Assembly (NCBI RefSeq): GCF_009914755.1
Contig: NC_060935.1
Length of the DNA stretch: 64,000 nt
Strand: one strand, 5' to 3'
From: the human T2T-CHM13v2.0 reference genome, Homo sapiens
Both the position numbers and the translations under genes were made by a program. Shown in pieces: positions 1-16,199 of the stretch. Each line of letters starts with the position of its first letter. The first letter of the stretch is position 1. Under the pieces are notes generated by a model that was not told the origin of the DNA, did no database searches, and was given only the letters and a program-made list of their open reading frames with translations.

Positions 1-129
1 TGTAGCCTCTGCTGTATTAGTCACCCACCATTAAGTCTTTCCTATTTTATTAAAGGACATCTTCTCAAATTTCTCATGCTTAGGAGTCTTCTATTTCATC
101 TTAACATAGTTTTATGAAAATAGGTATAT

Positions 130-1250
130 TTTCTAAAACAAAGTAAATTTAGTGATAAGAGTGCATTGTTCTACTTTAAAAAAAATCTCTTTGATCTCTG
201 GCCTGATAAAATATAGGTATTCTCGTATCTGCATTACATTCACTCTGTTGTGATGTGTTGTGTTTTGGTTGAAGTGTATGAAAAAAATCTGGCCTCTTAG
301 AGATCTATAGTTGAAAAGGGAGGATAATTTTAGAAAGTTTTTGAATAATTATGGATATTCTTCTCTGATTTGCCCCCAAATTCAACGAATAATAGGTTCT
401 TTAAAGTTAGATATAATGTAGAATTTGAAACCATTGAAATGAACTTTTATTTCACTGCTGCATTAAAATCTATTGGTCTGTCCTTCACTTTAAATGTATC
501 TTTTTCTCATGCATGGTTTTGTAACATCATGTATTGCTTATTTGGAAAACAATTATCTACTGAGTTATACAGATCTTCCAAATGCTGACATATTTCATTT
601 TAAAATACCAAAACGTAATGCTAACATCATCACTGATCTTATCAGGAATGCCTTGGGAATCTGTTAAGCACACAGTGACGGTCATAAGTTTACAAAAATT
701 ATTTCATTTGCAACTCAAATTTTGTCATTGGCAATAAATACTGTCAGGTGTTTTCCATGAAGTGATAGATTCATGTCATTAATGTTTGAGGTAATATCTG
801 ACAAATAGTCAGGTCTGTATGACTCTATATGTTTTCCCATCATACTTTCAACTAAAATGGTGTTTTATGAAAAATTTAGCTACTTTACCTTGCAATGTAA
901 AGTACTTTTTCATGAGGCAACCATGGTACTTTGGAATGCAGCATCAGCGCTTCATGCATTCTTCCTGTTTCTTTATAGATTATTAAAAATTTGTGTGTTC
1001 AGGGTCAAGATTTTATAAACTTCATAAGCTTTACTGTTTATCAAGGACATTTTTAAGTTAAACTACATTTTTGTTTCTTTTTGTACTGAGAGTGCATGAT
1101 GGTGGAGAATATAATGACTACTAATATAGTCTGGTGCCATAGCCTTGATTCACATGATGGCACCAGCAGTTTTATCCCATTGTTTTTGCATCACCAGTGC
1201 AAACGTCAACAGAATGAAAAAGACAAATATGGTTTTAATATTATTATAAA
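130..1250 (-). mobile_element. hAT-Charlie DNA transposon fossil (Charlie1-like) with decayed transposase
   Basis: Minus-strand remnants VDVCTGDAKTMG (CTDGA motif, ~1176-1210), SHYILHHHAL (CxxH motif, ~1090-1120) and LMLHSKVPWLPHEKV (RWLSRGK motif, ~903-947). Confidence 0.85.
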
Positions 1251-1430
1251 ACTTTAAATACAAAATAAAATGTATAAATTTGACACATACAAAAAGTAAA
1301 ATAAATTGTATCTTGATGGGGGATGGCAGACAGTACTTTAAAATTGCTGATATAGGATTTGAATTATCACCTAGAAGGAGAAGTTGTATGGGTGTGTTTT
1401 GTATGGGTGTGTTATGTATGTGTGTGAGTA

Positions 1431-1629
1431 CTGTTGTCTCTCAGTATCCACAGGCATTGGTTTCAGGATACCCCACTGGTACCAAAATCCAAGGATGCTC
1501 AAGTCCCTTATATAAAATGCCATAGTATTTGCATATAACCTATGCACATCCTTGTGCATGCTTTAAATCATTGCTAGATTACTTATAATATGTAATACAA
1601 AGGAAATGCCATGTAAATATTTGTTATAC
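1431..1629 (+). mobile_element. MER2 (TcMar-Tigger), 5' part
   Basis: TA then degenerate TIR; ccaaaatccaaggatgctcaagtcccttatataaaatg...gtatttgcatataacct. Confidence 0.85.
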
Positions 1630-2032
1630 CTCTTTGCACAGTGCCTGGTGCATGGCAAGTTATCATTATATTTTGGCTTTTCATTTGCAGCCACAGTGAA
1701 AAACTTGGCTCCCTTGTCAGCTCGCTCATTCAATTTTTCAATAAATGTTTATCAGCCGTCTTTCATTTGCCAATCAGTGTGCTAAAAGAACAAAATCAAA
1801 AATTGTGCTCACTTTTCAGAAACTTATCTTCTTTTGCGGATAAAAAGATAGTAATTAAAATGCACAAATATTCGTGTAAAATTGAAACCCTGACAAGTGC
1901 AAATAGAGATATATCAGATGCTTTGAACTAGCCAGATATGTGAAAGAAGGCTTCCCTGGGGAGAGAGTGACTTTCAAGCTGATATCTGAAGGATGTGAAG
2001 AATTACCCAGGGCAAGGTGGGGAGAGAGAGAG

Positions 2033-2418
2033 TGTGTTATTCCCTTTTGTGCTGTTATAACAGAATACTACAGACTGGGTAATTTATAAACAATAGAAGT
2101 TTATTTGGTCCATGTTCTGGAAGCTGGGAAGTCCAAGGTTGGGGACCACGTCTGGTGAGCCCCTTCTTGCTGTGTCATAACATGGTGGAAGGCATCACTT
2201 GGTGAGAGAGCATGCACACATGAGATGGCCTAACTTTCTTTCATAACAAATCCATTCTTGCTATTACAAATCTATTCCTGTGATAACAGTGCTAATTCAT
2301 TTATGAAGGCAGAGCACTCATGACCTAATCACCTCTTAAAGGGCCTACCTCTCAACATTGTTGCATTGCAGATTGTTTCTGACACATAAACTTTGGGAGA
2401 CAAATTCAATCCATAGCA
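2033..2418 (-). mobile_element. MaLR solo LTR (MST/MLT1A-like), inserted in an L2 remnant
   Basis: tg...ca termini; gactgggtaatttataaa and ctggaagctgggaagtccaag hallmarks; 5-bp TSD gagag (2028-2032 / 2419-2423). Confidence 0.85.
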
Positions 2419-3009
2419 GAGAGCATTCCTTACAGAGGAATAATTGTGTGTTAAGGCCCCTCAAAGAGGGAGAATGGAACTGAAAGAAGGTATAAGGATC
2501 TGAAAGGAGACTAGTGGGCCAGACTTAAGAGCGTGAAAGGGTGAGGTTGGAGAGGTTGGTTGGTTTTAGTTAATTTTAAAGAATTTTATTGTTTGCCAAA
2601 GGCAAAAAACTCATATCAAGAATGACCCCATCTTATACTAGCAAAGCTATGACCCATAAATCTGCTTTTTAAAATAAAATAAAATTATAAATAAAATAAA
2701 GCTTTCTTACAAACCAGTGTTTATTTTCACATACAGCCTCGTTTTAACCAATGTACAGATCAAAACTCAAAATATTCCTCTGCAGAAAACTTTGGACTTT
2801 ATTCCCTAGCTGACCTATAATGGTTGAATTTCTGTCAAGTATAAATTTATGTATATAATGGGCTTAATTATTTAAGAGAATAACTGAGGGATTTGTGTGA
2901 TCTTTGAAAAGGAATTGGACTGTCATACTTGGGTTGTGAAAAAGCTATACAAATGGTAGATTTTTTAAATTTTTTTTTGACTTATACAATTGCTTTATTT
3001 TATTATTTT

Positions 3010-3516
3010 TTACTTATAAGAACAAGCATTTATTTCTCACAGTTCTGGGTGCTATGAAGTCTAAGATCATGGTACTGAACTCAGTGTCTGGTAAGGGCTT
3101 GTTTCCTGGCTCATTAATGCCATCTTCTTACTGTGTCTTCACATGATGGAAGAGGGAAAGCAGCTCTCTGGAATCTCTTTAATAAGGGCTCTAATCCCAT
3201 TCATAAGAGCTCTGCACCATGAGCACATTCAGACTACAGCACCTGAAATACTTAGTGTTTTTTGGCTTTGTAGACACATCATTCTGATTTCTGCTTTTAT
3301 CTTCACACTGCCTTCTTCTGTGCCTCTGTTCCCTCTTCTTTTCTTAGGAGGACATCCATCATTGGATTTAGGGCCCACCTTAAATCCAGTATAACTTCAT
3401 CTCTAGATCATTAACTAATTACATCTGTAAAGACTACATTTCCAAATTAGGTTTCAGTCTGAGGTTTGAGATGGACATGAATTTTGGTGTAGGAGAGACA
3501 TTAGTCAACCCCTACA
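3010..3516 (-). mobile_element. Two abutting MLT1-family MaLR LTR fragments
   Basis: tttatttctcacagttctgg...cattcagactacagca, then ggatttagggcccacc...aattacatctgtaaagac...caacccctaca. Confidence 0.75.
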
Positions 3517-4311
3517 ATAGGTCAATATCAAGTTTCCATATAATAAAGTGTCTTGTTCTGGGCTCTCTGTTCAGTTTCATTCGCCAGTTTTTCTATCGTA
3601 TTTCTAAAATTATGGTCACTAACTTGAACTTAAAGTGCTAACATTTTATGTGGTTCCCATTGTGATATTTTCTCCAAAAAAAATATATAGGAAGTTTTTG
3701 ACTTAAATATATCTTAGGGCTTTTTCAAGTTGGAACCACTAGAAAATAAGAATTTCAGTTCTGTATTTAACTTTTTTAGTGTCATAAACTTACTTGAACA
3801 TGTATTTTAGTGCAAACGACTAAATGCATTACCATTACGGAGCTATCTGTATGTCGGGAAAGTACTCTGGCCTGTGTAGAAACTGGTAGTGTTCTATATA
3901 CAAGCTGTCTGGTTTGATTTCAGGAAAATAAGGTGAGAGAATATGAAATCTCATGTGGTGAGAACTAAAACATATGAATGGACACCCTATTGGGTATTTA
4001 ACTCTCAGTGGTTTTGTGGTTATAGGTTGATAACCACATTGATCAGAGTTAAGTTTATTTCTCAGTAATTGAGATTGTATTTTACACATCAGTATTTTAT
4101 GCTTTTCCTGTTATAGGCAGTTTTAGGTAAGACTTCTTTTGGAGTCTGTTTTAAACAATTTAGCTCCGAATCATCTTGTATCTTTTCTTCTAGTATTTTT
4201 TCTTTGAATTTTTTAATTCATTCAATTCCTATTTTTTCCTTACACAGACTTTTGAATATGTTCTGATCAGTGGCTAATTTAACATGTTTTTCTCTTTCTT
4301 ATTTAATTTAG

Positions 4312-4358
4312 GGGAAAAAGTCAATAAGCATATAGACTACTCTTTCCAAATGAGTGAG
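4312..4358 (+). CDS. ANO5: ANO5 exon 2 (47 nt, c.41-87), (G)EKVNKHIDYSFQMSE
   Basis: tttag|GGGAAAAAGTC...AGTGAG|gtaagt; the peptide matches the ANO5 N-terminus. Confidence 0.96.
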
Positions 4359-5163
4359 GTAAGTTAAATATATATGCATTAACTTCCTTATAAGTCAGAA
4401 TAAAAAATCAAGATAAGGTTAACTAAGCCTTTGTACTTATTTACTTATAATACATTCTATTATGCCCTCTAATTTATTCATTTTTTAAGTAGCTAAAGCA
4501 AGTTCCATGTTCCATGCAGATTTAATATTGGATCTTTTCTAGATGTTATAAGGGAACAAATAGATCTTTGATTTGTTTTGAGGCTCCCTGTGAAATAAAC
4601 TCAGATATGCTGATCATTGATATGCAAGATACTAGTATTTGGCTTAACATTTTGCTATAATATAATGTTAGTGTAGTCTGTGATAGCTTATTATTTTACA
4701 GTTATTAGTATGATTAGTGCTTATCTATGACTATACTGGAGTTCAACCTGAATTGCATAAACACATTAAATAGAATAATAAATAAATTAAATACTACTTG
4801 TAAAAATACAGAATTCTTTTAACCAAAGGACTTCTTATATAAATTTTAAGAACCATACAAACAATTTATATTGCTTCTATACTGAATATAAGCATGTTAA
4901 AGGCATTTCAATGAAATCATTTTTCTGATAGACTCTAGTTGATAAAGAATCCCATGCATAGCTCTCACAGAGGTAGACGTCCTTGAGTGGTTTCAGGATG
5001 TCCTGCCAGATATAAACAGGATTTAAAAAGAATTTCCAGGAATGATTGAAATTTCTGCTTGGAAAACACGTCCTTCTAGAATAGGTTGGCTATTTGCTAG
5101 TTGGCTGGATAAGCTCATTAAGATTCCTAGAAGTTACAGGGTTCCTTTAAAAGTTCAGTGACC

Positions 5164-5871
5164 CACTAGTCAGAATGGCTATTGTTAAAAAAATCAAGAA
5201 ATAACAGATGCTGGTGAGGCTGTGGAGAAGAAGGAATGCTTATACACTGTTGGTGGGAGTGTACATTAGTTCAGGCATTGTGGAAGATGGTGTGGCAATT
5301 CCTCAAAGACCTAAAGATAGAAATACCATTCGACCCAGCAATCCCATTACTGGGTATATGCCCAAAGGAATACAAATCATTCTTTTTTAAAGACCCATGC
5401 ATGTATATGTTCATTGTAGCACTATTCACAATAGCAAAGACATGGAATCAACCTAAATGCCCATCAATGATAGATTGGATAAAGAAAATGTGATACATAT
5501 ATATCATAAAATACTATGGAGCCATAAAAATGACAAGATCATGTCCTTGGCAGAAACATGGATGGAGTTGGAGGCCCATTACCTTTAGCAAACTAATACA
5601 AGAACAGAAAACCAAATACCCCATGTTCTCACTTATAAGTTGGAGATAAATTATCAGAACACACAGATACATAGAGGGAAACATCACACGCTGGGGCCTT
5701 TTGGAGGATGGAGGGTGGGAGGAGGGAGAGGATCAGGAAAAACAACTAGTGGGTATTAGGCTTAATACCTGGATGATGAAATAATCTGTACAACAAGCCC
5801 ACATGACATAAGTTTATGTATGCAACAAACCTGCACTTGTATCTCTGGACTTAAACTAAAAGTTAACAAAG
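5164..5871 (+). mobile_element. 5'-truncated primate L1PA (end of ORF2 plus 3'UTR)
   Basis: ORF 5236-5493 resembles the L1 ORF2 C-terminus (HCWWEC...PFDPAIPLLGI); 15-bp TSD aaaagttcag(t/c)gacc at 5149-5163 / 5872-5886. Confidence 0.92.
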
Positions 5872-6089
5872 AAAAGTTCAGCGACCTAAATGCTGAGAGA
5901 AACAGAATATGAGAACCAGAGGGAACTATGAAGATCATATAGGACAGTGATTTTATAGTGTAGTTTGCAGATCAATATACAAACAAGAATAAGAATTATA
6001 TGAAGAATTTCTTAAAACTGTAGACTCTTGGGCCCAGGCTGTCTCAAAATAAAATAAAATAAAATAAAATAAAATAAAATAAATAAAAG

Positions 6090-9333
<3,244 letters not shown>

Positions 9334-11771
9334 GTGAATACAACTTATTTCACTTTCCTCAATGCTAAATTATATTTTTTCTGACACTCAAATGCAATAA
9401 AAACAGGCTCTACACATTGCAGTCAATTTTTTTCACCCCATCTATGGGCAGGAGGCAGGCAATTTTCAAAAAAAATAAGTATTATAGCATATTCATTCAA
9501 CTATTGGATTGAGGCAGAACTAGAATCAATGGATTTTTATCCAGTAACAAATTTATAGATATGATGAATGTTTTTAGGCTTTTACAAGACAGAAGTATAA
9601 GAATTGTAGGTTCATTATTTCAAAATTATTTTATGTTTGAAAAGGTCTTCTGTGCTTTCATGATTGCTTAAATATTAAAAAGCTATTCTAGTTTTACCTC
9701 TGATTTACAATTAGTATGAGTCCATCATTGGACATTGTTACAGTCTTGTTGGAAATCAGAAAATGCATGTGAATTAAACATGCATGACATGATTAATATA
9801 TTTATTACATGATCACTAGAAAGTAACAAACATTAATTTTAAAAAGTCAACATTTATGGAGAACTTCCCATGTATTATTTAATCTCACTGTATGGACTTT
9901 ATGGTTTGGAGAGGTTAACTTGCTCAAGTTTACAAATGTAATCAGTTTTACATATGTATTTAATGGGGTTTATATAATTGAAGAAAAAGGTTATGAGGCA
10001 AACTGAAACTATATAAATTGTTTTATTGTTATGTCTCCTATGTTTTGGAGCTGGGATTCTGAACACAGGTAATCTGATTCTAAAGCTCCTTATTCACTGT
10101 ATAATATTTCTTTAAGAATGCTGTTTTAAGAATTGTGTCTAGAAGTACATCAAGGATTCTCGTTTTGCCTAAGACTATTCTTAGTAAGAAATGAGACAAT
10201 GACATACTCAGCAAAATGAAGAAGTAATCTAAGTTATTTTATTTTACATTCTGCAAAGTGAAGATATAACCCCATCTTTTGATTGGAAATCAGAGCAAAG
10301 ATTTTTCCTAAAAGGAGAGATTGTAAAATGACTAGCCTGGTTGCTTTTGAATATATGGTTTTCTTCTATGCTTCTGTAAGCAAAACAACTAACATTTCTC
10401 TAGGATAATTGGAAAAACTTATCAGGAGTCAATATAAATGAAACTATAATAAATTTGTTTATTGTCTTAGCAGAAATGTAGCTGCACAGCATATTTTTAG
10501 AGGCTACTATTTCAGAATTGAGTGATCAAGATACTCATTCACTTCATTTGCTATCTGTTGTATTTAGACGAGCTAGTGGAATTCATTCAAGGTCCACAAG
10601 TAGATATAATCACATATAAGTGGATTCTAATTATAACTGTATTTTAGGCCTGTATTTACTCACAGATTCTCAGTCTTCCCACAACTTTTCCCACCGGTTT
10701 CAGTATTACCTTAGTACAATAGATTGCATTATCTTGTAATTTATATTAAATATAGTGGTATGAAAATTGTACATTTTCAAAATTATCTTTCATTCTCTTT
10801 TAAAGAACACAGAGAAATTACTGCTTTTGTGGCACATTCTGTTACTTTACTTTTGTAGCATTAGGTATATTTCCAAGGTGCTCTTTGAGTATGTTGTAAA
10901 TATGTCTGTTACACATTTTATCTGCTATTTTGAAAACTGATTTGCCCAGCATTATTTGGGCATAATGAGATACTGATTGTGATTTTTCCAAGAACAAGGT
11001 AAGTGAATTACAATCTGGACATGAATTTCCGATCATTTCTGTTGGTTGATGTCTCTCCATAGTATTATATTGTACCTGTCACTAGAGACTGCTGAGAAGT
11101 CATTGGGTGTTATCTCAGGTCTGTGTCCTGTGGTGTGTGGACCATCGTGTAACCTAAGGAATTGGGAATCCACCATATACAGAGGGAGGCATCCCTATTG
11201 TGTTAATTATAAGTGGTTTGTGTGTATTTTTATACATGTATGGCTTTTTTTGAAGAGGTTATAAATTCAAATTATTAAGAATCCTGATGGTGTATTTTCC
11301 AAGGTATTCCCTTTAATGATTTCAAACAAATGTTGAAGGGCGTAAAATAGCCAATTAATTCTGCCTTTCCTGTTGGTCCTCTTCAGGATGCAGCATCATA
11401 AAAAGATTAGACCTCCTTGTTATTTCTCAGTAATGTAGTAGTTCTTAACCACTTCTTGTATCTGATTTCTTTTATGATTTGATAAAGCTACCTCCCAAAT
11501 ACTAATTCTCTCTGAAGCTCACTCTCTTTCCTCACTGCACAGACAAACACACCCTGCCCCACAGGCACATTTACAGATACATAGCACACATACATGAACA
11601 CACATGCACATGCATACACATATATGCCCACAGTTTTGCATATGATTTAATGTGGTTCCAGATTAAGTGTTTCTGCATAGAGATTACAGAGTTGTTACTG
11701 AAACTTAAAAGCACCCTTTGCTCCACCTGCACTATTAATAATAGCATTATATCTTCCCCTGGTACTGTTAG

Positions 11772-11822
11772 CAGAGCCTGAGCAGCAGAGAGACCAGCTT
11801 TCTCATCAATGAAGAAACAATG
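11772..11822 (+). CDS. ANO5: ANO5 exon 3 (51 nt, c.88-138), QSLSSRETSFLINEETM; NAGNAG acceptor
   Basis: gttag|CAG|AGCCTG...ACAATG|gtaagc. Confidence 0.96.
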
Positions 11823-12747
11823 GTAAGCAGCGACCAGTACTATCCTTTCTTGCATGGACACAAATGGGGCATCTTTTTGTAGTCTGCAATGATGATACTC
11901 TTTTCCAGTTCAGTTATTTGACATGCTCTCATACATGGTATTTGAGAATATATTACTTTAGAAAAAAAAAATCAGTTTCTTTAGGTGGGGGGAAAACACA
12001 TCAGACATATCAGTGAGAATGACGCACTGAGTATAACACTTTGCTTGGATTTTATTTTTTCTATGAGAAAATGAAGGGTCTAAGAGGTGTAATGACTTGA
12101 CCAAAGTTATTGATATGTTTAAGGGGTTGATGCTTGACTACACTCAAGTTTCTGAGGCTTACTTAGTTCAGTATTCTTTCTCCACTGCATCACTCTTCTT
12201 GTCTTTAAGTACATGCCTGAGGATAATCATGAAAAAGTACAATTCATTTAAAAATCAAACTTAAATATCAATTAAAAGGTTGGTAAGGGGACCTGAAACT
12301 TTTCATTAGTTGCCTAGCAAGTAAAAAATGCCTTTTGGGAAGATGGGGAAATAGAGTTATATTCCTATACTGATAATTTTAGCAAGGATGATAGTTTGCT
12401 TTTCACTAGAGTACTAATCTTTAGTGTTTTGGAATGAGGATTGTGATATTGATCAAATTAAAACAATTGAAATGTTTTGTTTTCTTTTTAAATTTATTTT
12501 TACTTTTTTTTTTTTACTACATAAAGCATTTTACATGATTCCAAAGTTGAAATCCACAGATCAAATAACATTTAGATGAGCCTAAAGCTTATACAATTTT
12601 GATATCACTCTTTAAGAAACATATGGAAAAATATTTTCCTTTAAAACATTTACGAAAATATTTTACCACGAGAACACATTGCTGGAGTCCTTCCTAAACC
12701 CTTGGAAGGGGTAGATGCAAGTAAGATGCCCTGAAGATTAGACTTTA

Positions 12748-12795
12748 TTAGCTTGAAGGTAAATCTGTCTTAGCTTGAAGGTAAATCTGTCTTAG
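12748..12795. repeat. Perfect 22-bp tandem duplication (ttagcttgaaggtaaatctgtc)x2
   Basis: Read directly from the sequence. Confidence 0.95.
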
Positions 12796-12889
12796 GTTGA
12801 AAATATGAAACAAAGTGTTTTCAGAGAAATCTTTCTTCTTTGTCCTCTCAGTCTTTTTGTATAATAGTTAGCATTTTTGTTTGGTTTAT

Positions 12890-14880
12890 TTTTCCAATGC
12901 TATTACAAATGTTGCTAAAATGAATACCCTTGGGAATTAGTCTTATAATATTTTGGTCATTTTATTTTTCTGCATGGAATTCATTTATCAGAGAATAAAG
13001 GTATATATAGTAATTTGTAATTTTCCCATATATTGCCAAATTCCCCTGCCTTTTGTGTTTGTAACAAACCTGTGAAAGTGGCTGTTTCCCCACAACCCTA
13101 TCAGCAGTGTGTTGTTATGCTTTTAGATTCTTGCCTGTCTCATGGTACTGAGATAGATAATGGCTATTGGGAGGTATTTCACTTGGCACAGTATCTTAGT
13201 ATCATTTAAAATTGCATTTCTCACAACATGTGTGAGATATTCATCTTTTTCTACATTGAGTGGTCATTTAAATTTATTTTGCTATGTCACTCTGTTCATA
13301 TATCTTGTCCATTTCCTGTCAGGTTTTGTTTTTTTTTTTACTCTTGATTTTTTTGGAGCTCTTTATATATATTTATTGTTATCTCCTTGCCTGTACAGAA
13401 GTTGCAGATACTTTCCTCAAATATGTTAAATACATATAATTTAATTTTTAAATTCTAAGTGACTTTAAAATGATGTATGATATTTGATTCACTATGTTGA
13501 CATTGTCTTTGATTAAACAGTAAGTTGTTAAACAGTAGACTTCTTTTTAAAAATATACTTTATTTTAATATAGTTTTAGATTTTATTATAAATCTATTTA
13601 TTATAAATAAAATCTAAACAGAGTTTCTTATACCCCACACTGATTTTCTCCTATTATTAGAATCTTACATTAGTATGGTACATTTGTAACAATTAATGAA
13701 CCTATATTGGTGCATTATTATCAAATAAAGTTCATGCTTTATCCAGATTTCCTTAGTTTTCCCCTAAGATCCTTTTCCTATTCCAATATCTCATTGAGGA
13801 TGCAGCATTGCACTTAGTAGTCATGTCTCCTCAGGCTCCTCTTGGTTGGGACAGTTTCATGTACTTCTTTTGATTTTTATATCCTTCACAGCTTTGAGGA
13901 GTACTGGTCAGGTATTTTGTAGAATGTCCTTAAATTGGGACTTTCCTGATTTTTTTTTTTATGATTAGACTTGGATTATATGTTTTTGGAGGAAGATAAT
14001 AGAAGTGTCGTTATCTTCATGTCATATCAAGGGTATATTCTATCAACATGACTTAATCACCCTTAATGTTTTAACCTTGATTACCTGGCTTGAAGTAATG
14101 TTTAGCAGATTTATTCACTGTAAAGTTACTCTTTTTTTTTTCTCCCTTTCCATACTGCAATCTTCAGATGAAAGTCACTATTTGCAGCCTACACAAAAGG
14201 ATTGGGATTATGCTCTCCCTCCTTATAGGTGAATCCATTATTTGGAATTGTTTTGTGTGTCGGGGAGATCTTTCTTCCTTTCTTTTTGTCAGTGTGTACT
14301 TATGGATATTTATTTTATACTTTATGTTATAAACCAAATACTACTTTATTTTCTTGCTCAAATTGTTCTAGCTTTGGCTATTGGAAGTGGTGTTTTGTTT
14401 TTTGTTTTGTTTTGTTTTGTTTTGTTTTGTTTTGTTTTGGGACAGCATCTTGCTCTGTTGCCCAGGCTGGAGTCCAGTGGCATGATCATAGTTCACTGCA
14501 GCCTTAGATTCCTTGGCCCAAGTAATCCTCTCACCTTGGCCTCCCTGAGATTACAGGAGTACACCACCACATCCAGCTAATTATTATCATTATTATTATT
14601 ATTTTGGAAATTGGGTCTCACTGTGTTGGTCAGGCTGCTCTCAAATTTCTGGGCTCAAGCAGTCCTCCCTTCTCAGCTTCCTGAGTGGTTGGAATTACAA
14701 GACATAAGCCACATCACTTGGCTGGAAGCTTTTCAGTTGACTCCTGTGTTTCCTTGGTATACCCCTATTATTGTGTTTAGTTTTGTTTTGAGTATTTTCC
14801 TTCTTTCTGACTAGATGCTCCAAATTCATTTTGTACATTTCCTGCCTCAGTCCTAGAATCAACTGTGTACCCAGGGAAGT
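12890..14880 (-). mobile_element. Old L1M (ME/MC-like) fragments, with a nested AluJ
   Basis: T-rich L1 3'UTR-like sequence (tagtatggtacatttgtaacaattaatgaacc; gagtactggtcaggtattttgtagaatgtcc). Confidence 0.65.
14393..14722 (-). mobile_element. AluJ with a (GTTTT)n tail
   Basis: Diverged reverse Alu dimer; GTTTT pentamer run at ~14393-14438. Confidence 0.9.
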
Positions 14881-16199
14881 TTGGTTTTTTTTAAATATAT
14901 CATAGAAATATCACAAAAGAAAAATCTGTATAAATTAGGGTCCTGTTAGGCCTACTCAGTGTAGGATAATTTGAGAAGGACTTCTTAAAAAGACTTTTTA
15001 CAAAGATGGGGTGTAAGGGAATCTCAGCATATATAGGTGTAGTAATCTTGAATTTATTAAAATCCATAGAACTGAAGGGAATAGGGTAAGGAGAACTTAC
15101 TGGAACCCAGAAGGAAGAACTCATATACTATAGACATTATCAAGAGGCTCAATGATCTTTGGTGAGGGGACACAATCTTCCTGAATTCAACCTTAGGAAG
15201 GAAAACACTATCTATTCTTTCCAATCATTCGTGAGAAGCAAGAGGTCAAGGGAGCTCTTTGGTTACCTGCACAGGACAAAAAGCAGGGTAGAGAGGAGTG
15301 GAGAGGGAATGTGCTGGGATAATCCAACGTAATATCACTGGATATGTTTTTGGGTAAAAAAATGGAGTCTTGCGGTTCCTACTGTGATTATTATGACAGA
15401 AACTCTATATCAATTATTTTATAAATATTTAATAATGCAATTTAAAATTCTATTTGAAACAAAATAGTGAAAAGTGAATGAGTACCTAAATGATTACAGA
15501 GATTGTCAGTATAGAAATGTCACTAAAGCCACTAAATGAAATACAGAAAGATGGAAACTATTATGCTTAAGAGAACCTATCTTAGAGTGACTACTGTAGG
15601 GGATTGGACAGAATAGTTTGGTAAGTATTTAGAGTTTAGTAAGCAAAGAATGGGAATTGAAAAGACACACTAAAGGTTGCTTAAATAACGACAGATATGC
15701 AATTAACAGATTTTGAAGGAGTATGGGCCTTGATCACCTCAAGGATGATATTCCAAATATTTAATAACTGATATGGCACAGGCACAAACCAATCAGAAGG
15801 AGTCTTTGAGTAAAATGACAAGAAGCAATTAGTGTCATATTAGCACAGTATTTATAATTGATCTGTGCATGTATTTAGATATTATCACCTTATGATTCAG
15901 TCATTAATTCAGTCTCCTAGTGATTTCATCCAGTTTCATGGCTTTAAATACAATTGATATGCCATCTCAATTCTCAAATTTGAGTTTCAAGTGTAGTCCT
16001 TTCTCCTCAACTTCACTTTTAAATATCCAAATGCTTTCTCAGCATATGCATATGGATGTCTAAAAGCTATCTCAAGATTAATATGTCCAAAATGTAATTC
16101 TTTATCTTCCCCTGCAAAAAAACTGCTTGTCTGAAGTCTTTCGCATCTCAACAACATGCATTATATTCTTTTCGTTGCTCACATCAGAAATTTATGAAA

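Noticed and set aside
14229-14814. Hydrophobic ORFs of 67-112 aa (also 27038, 37903, 52323, 59460)
   Set aside because: These are translations of Alu or (GTTTT)n sequence.
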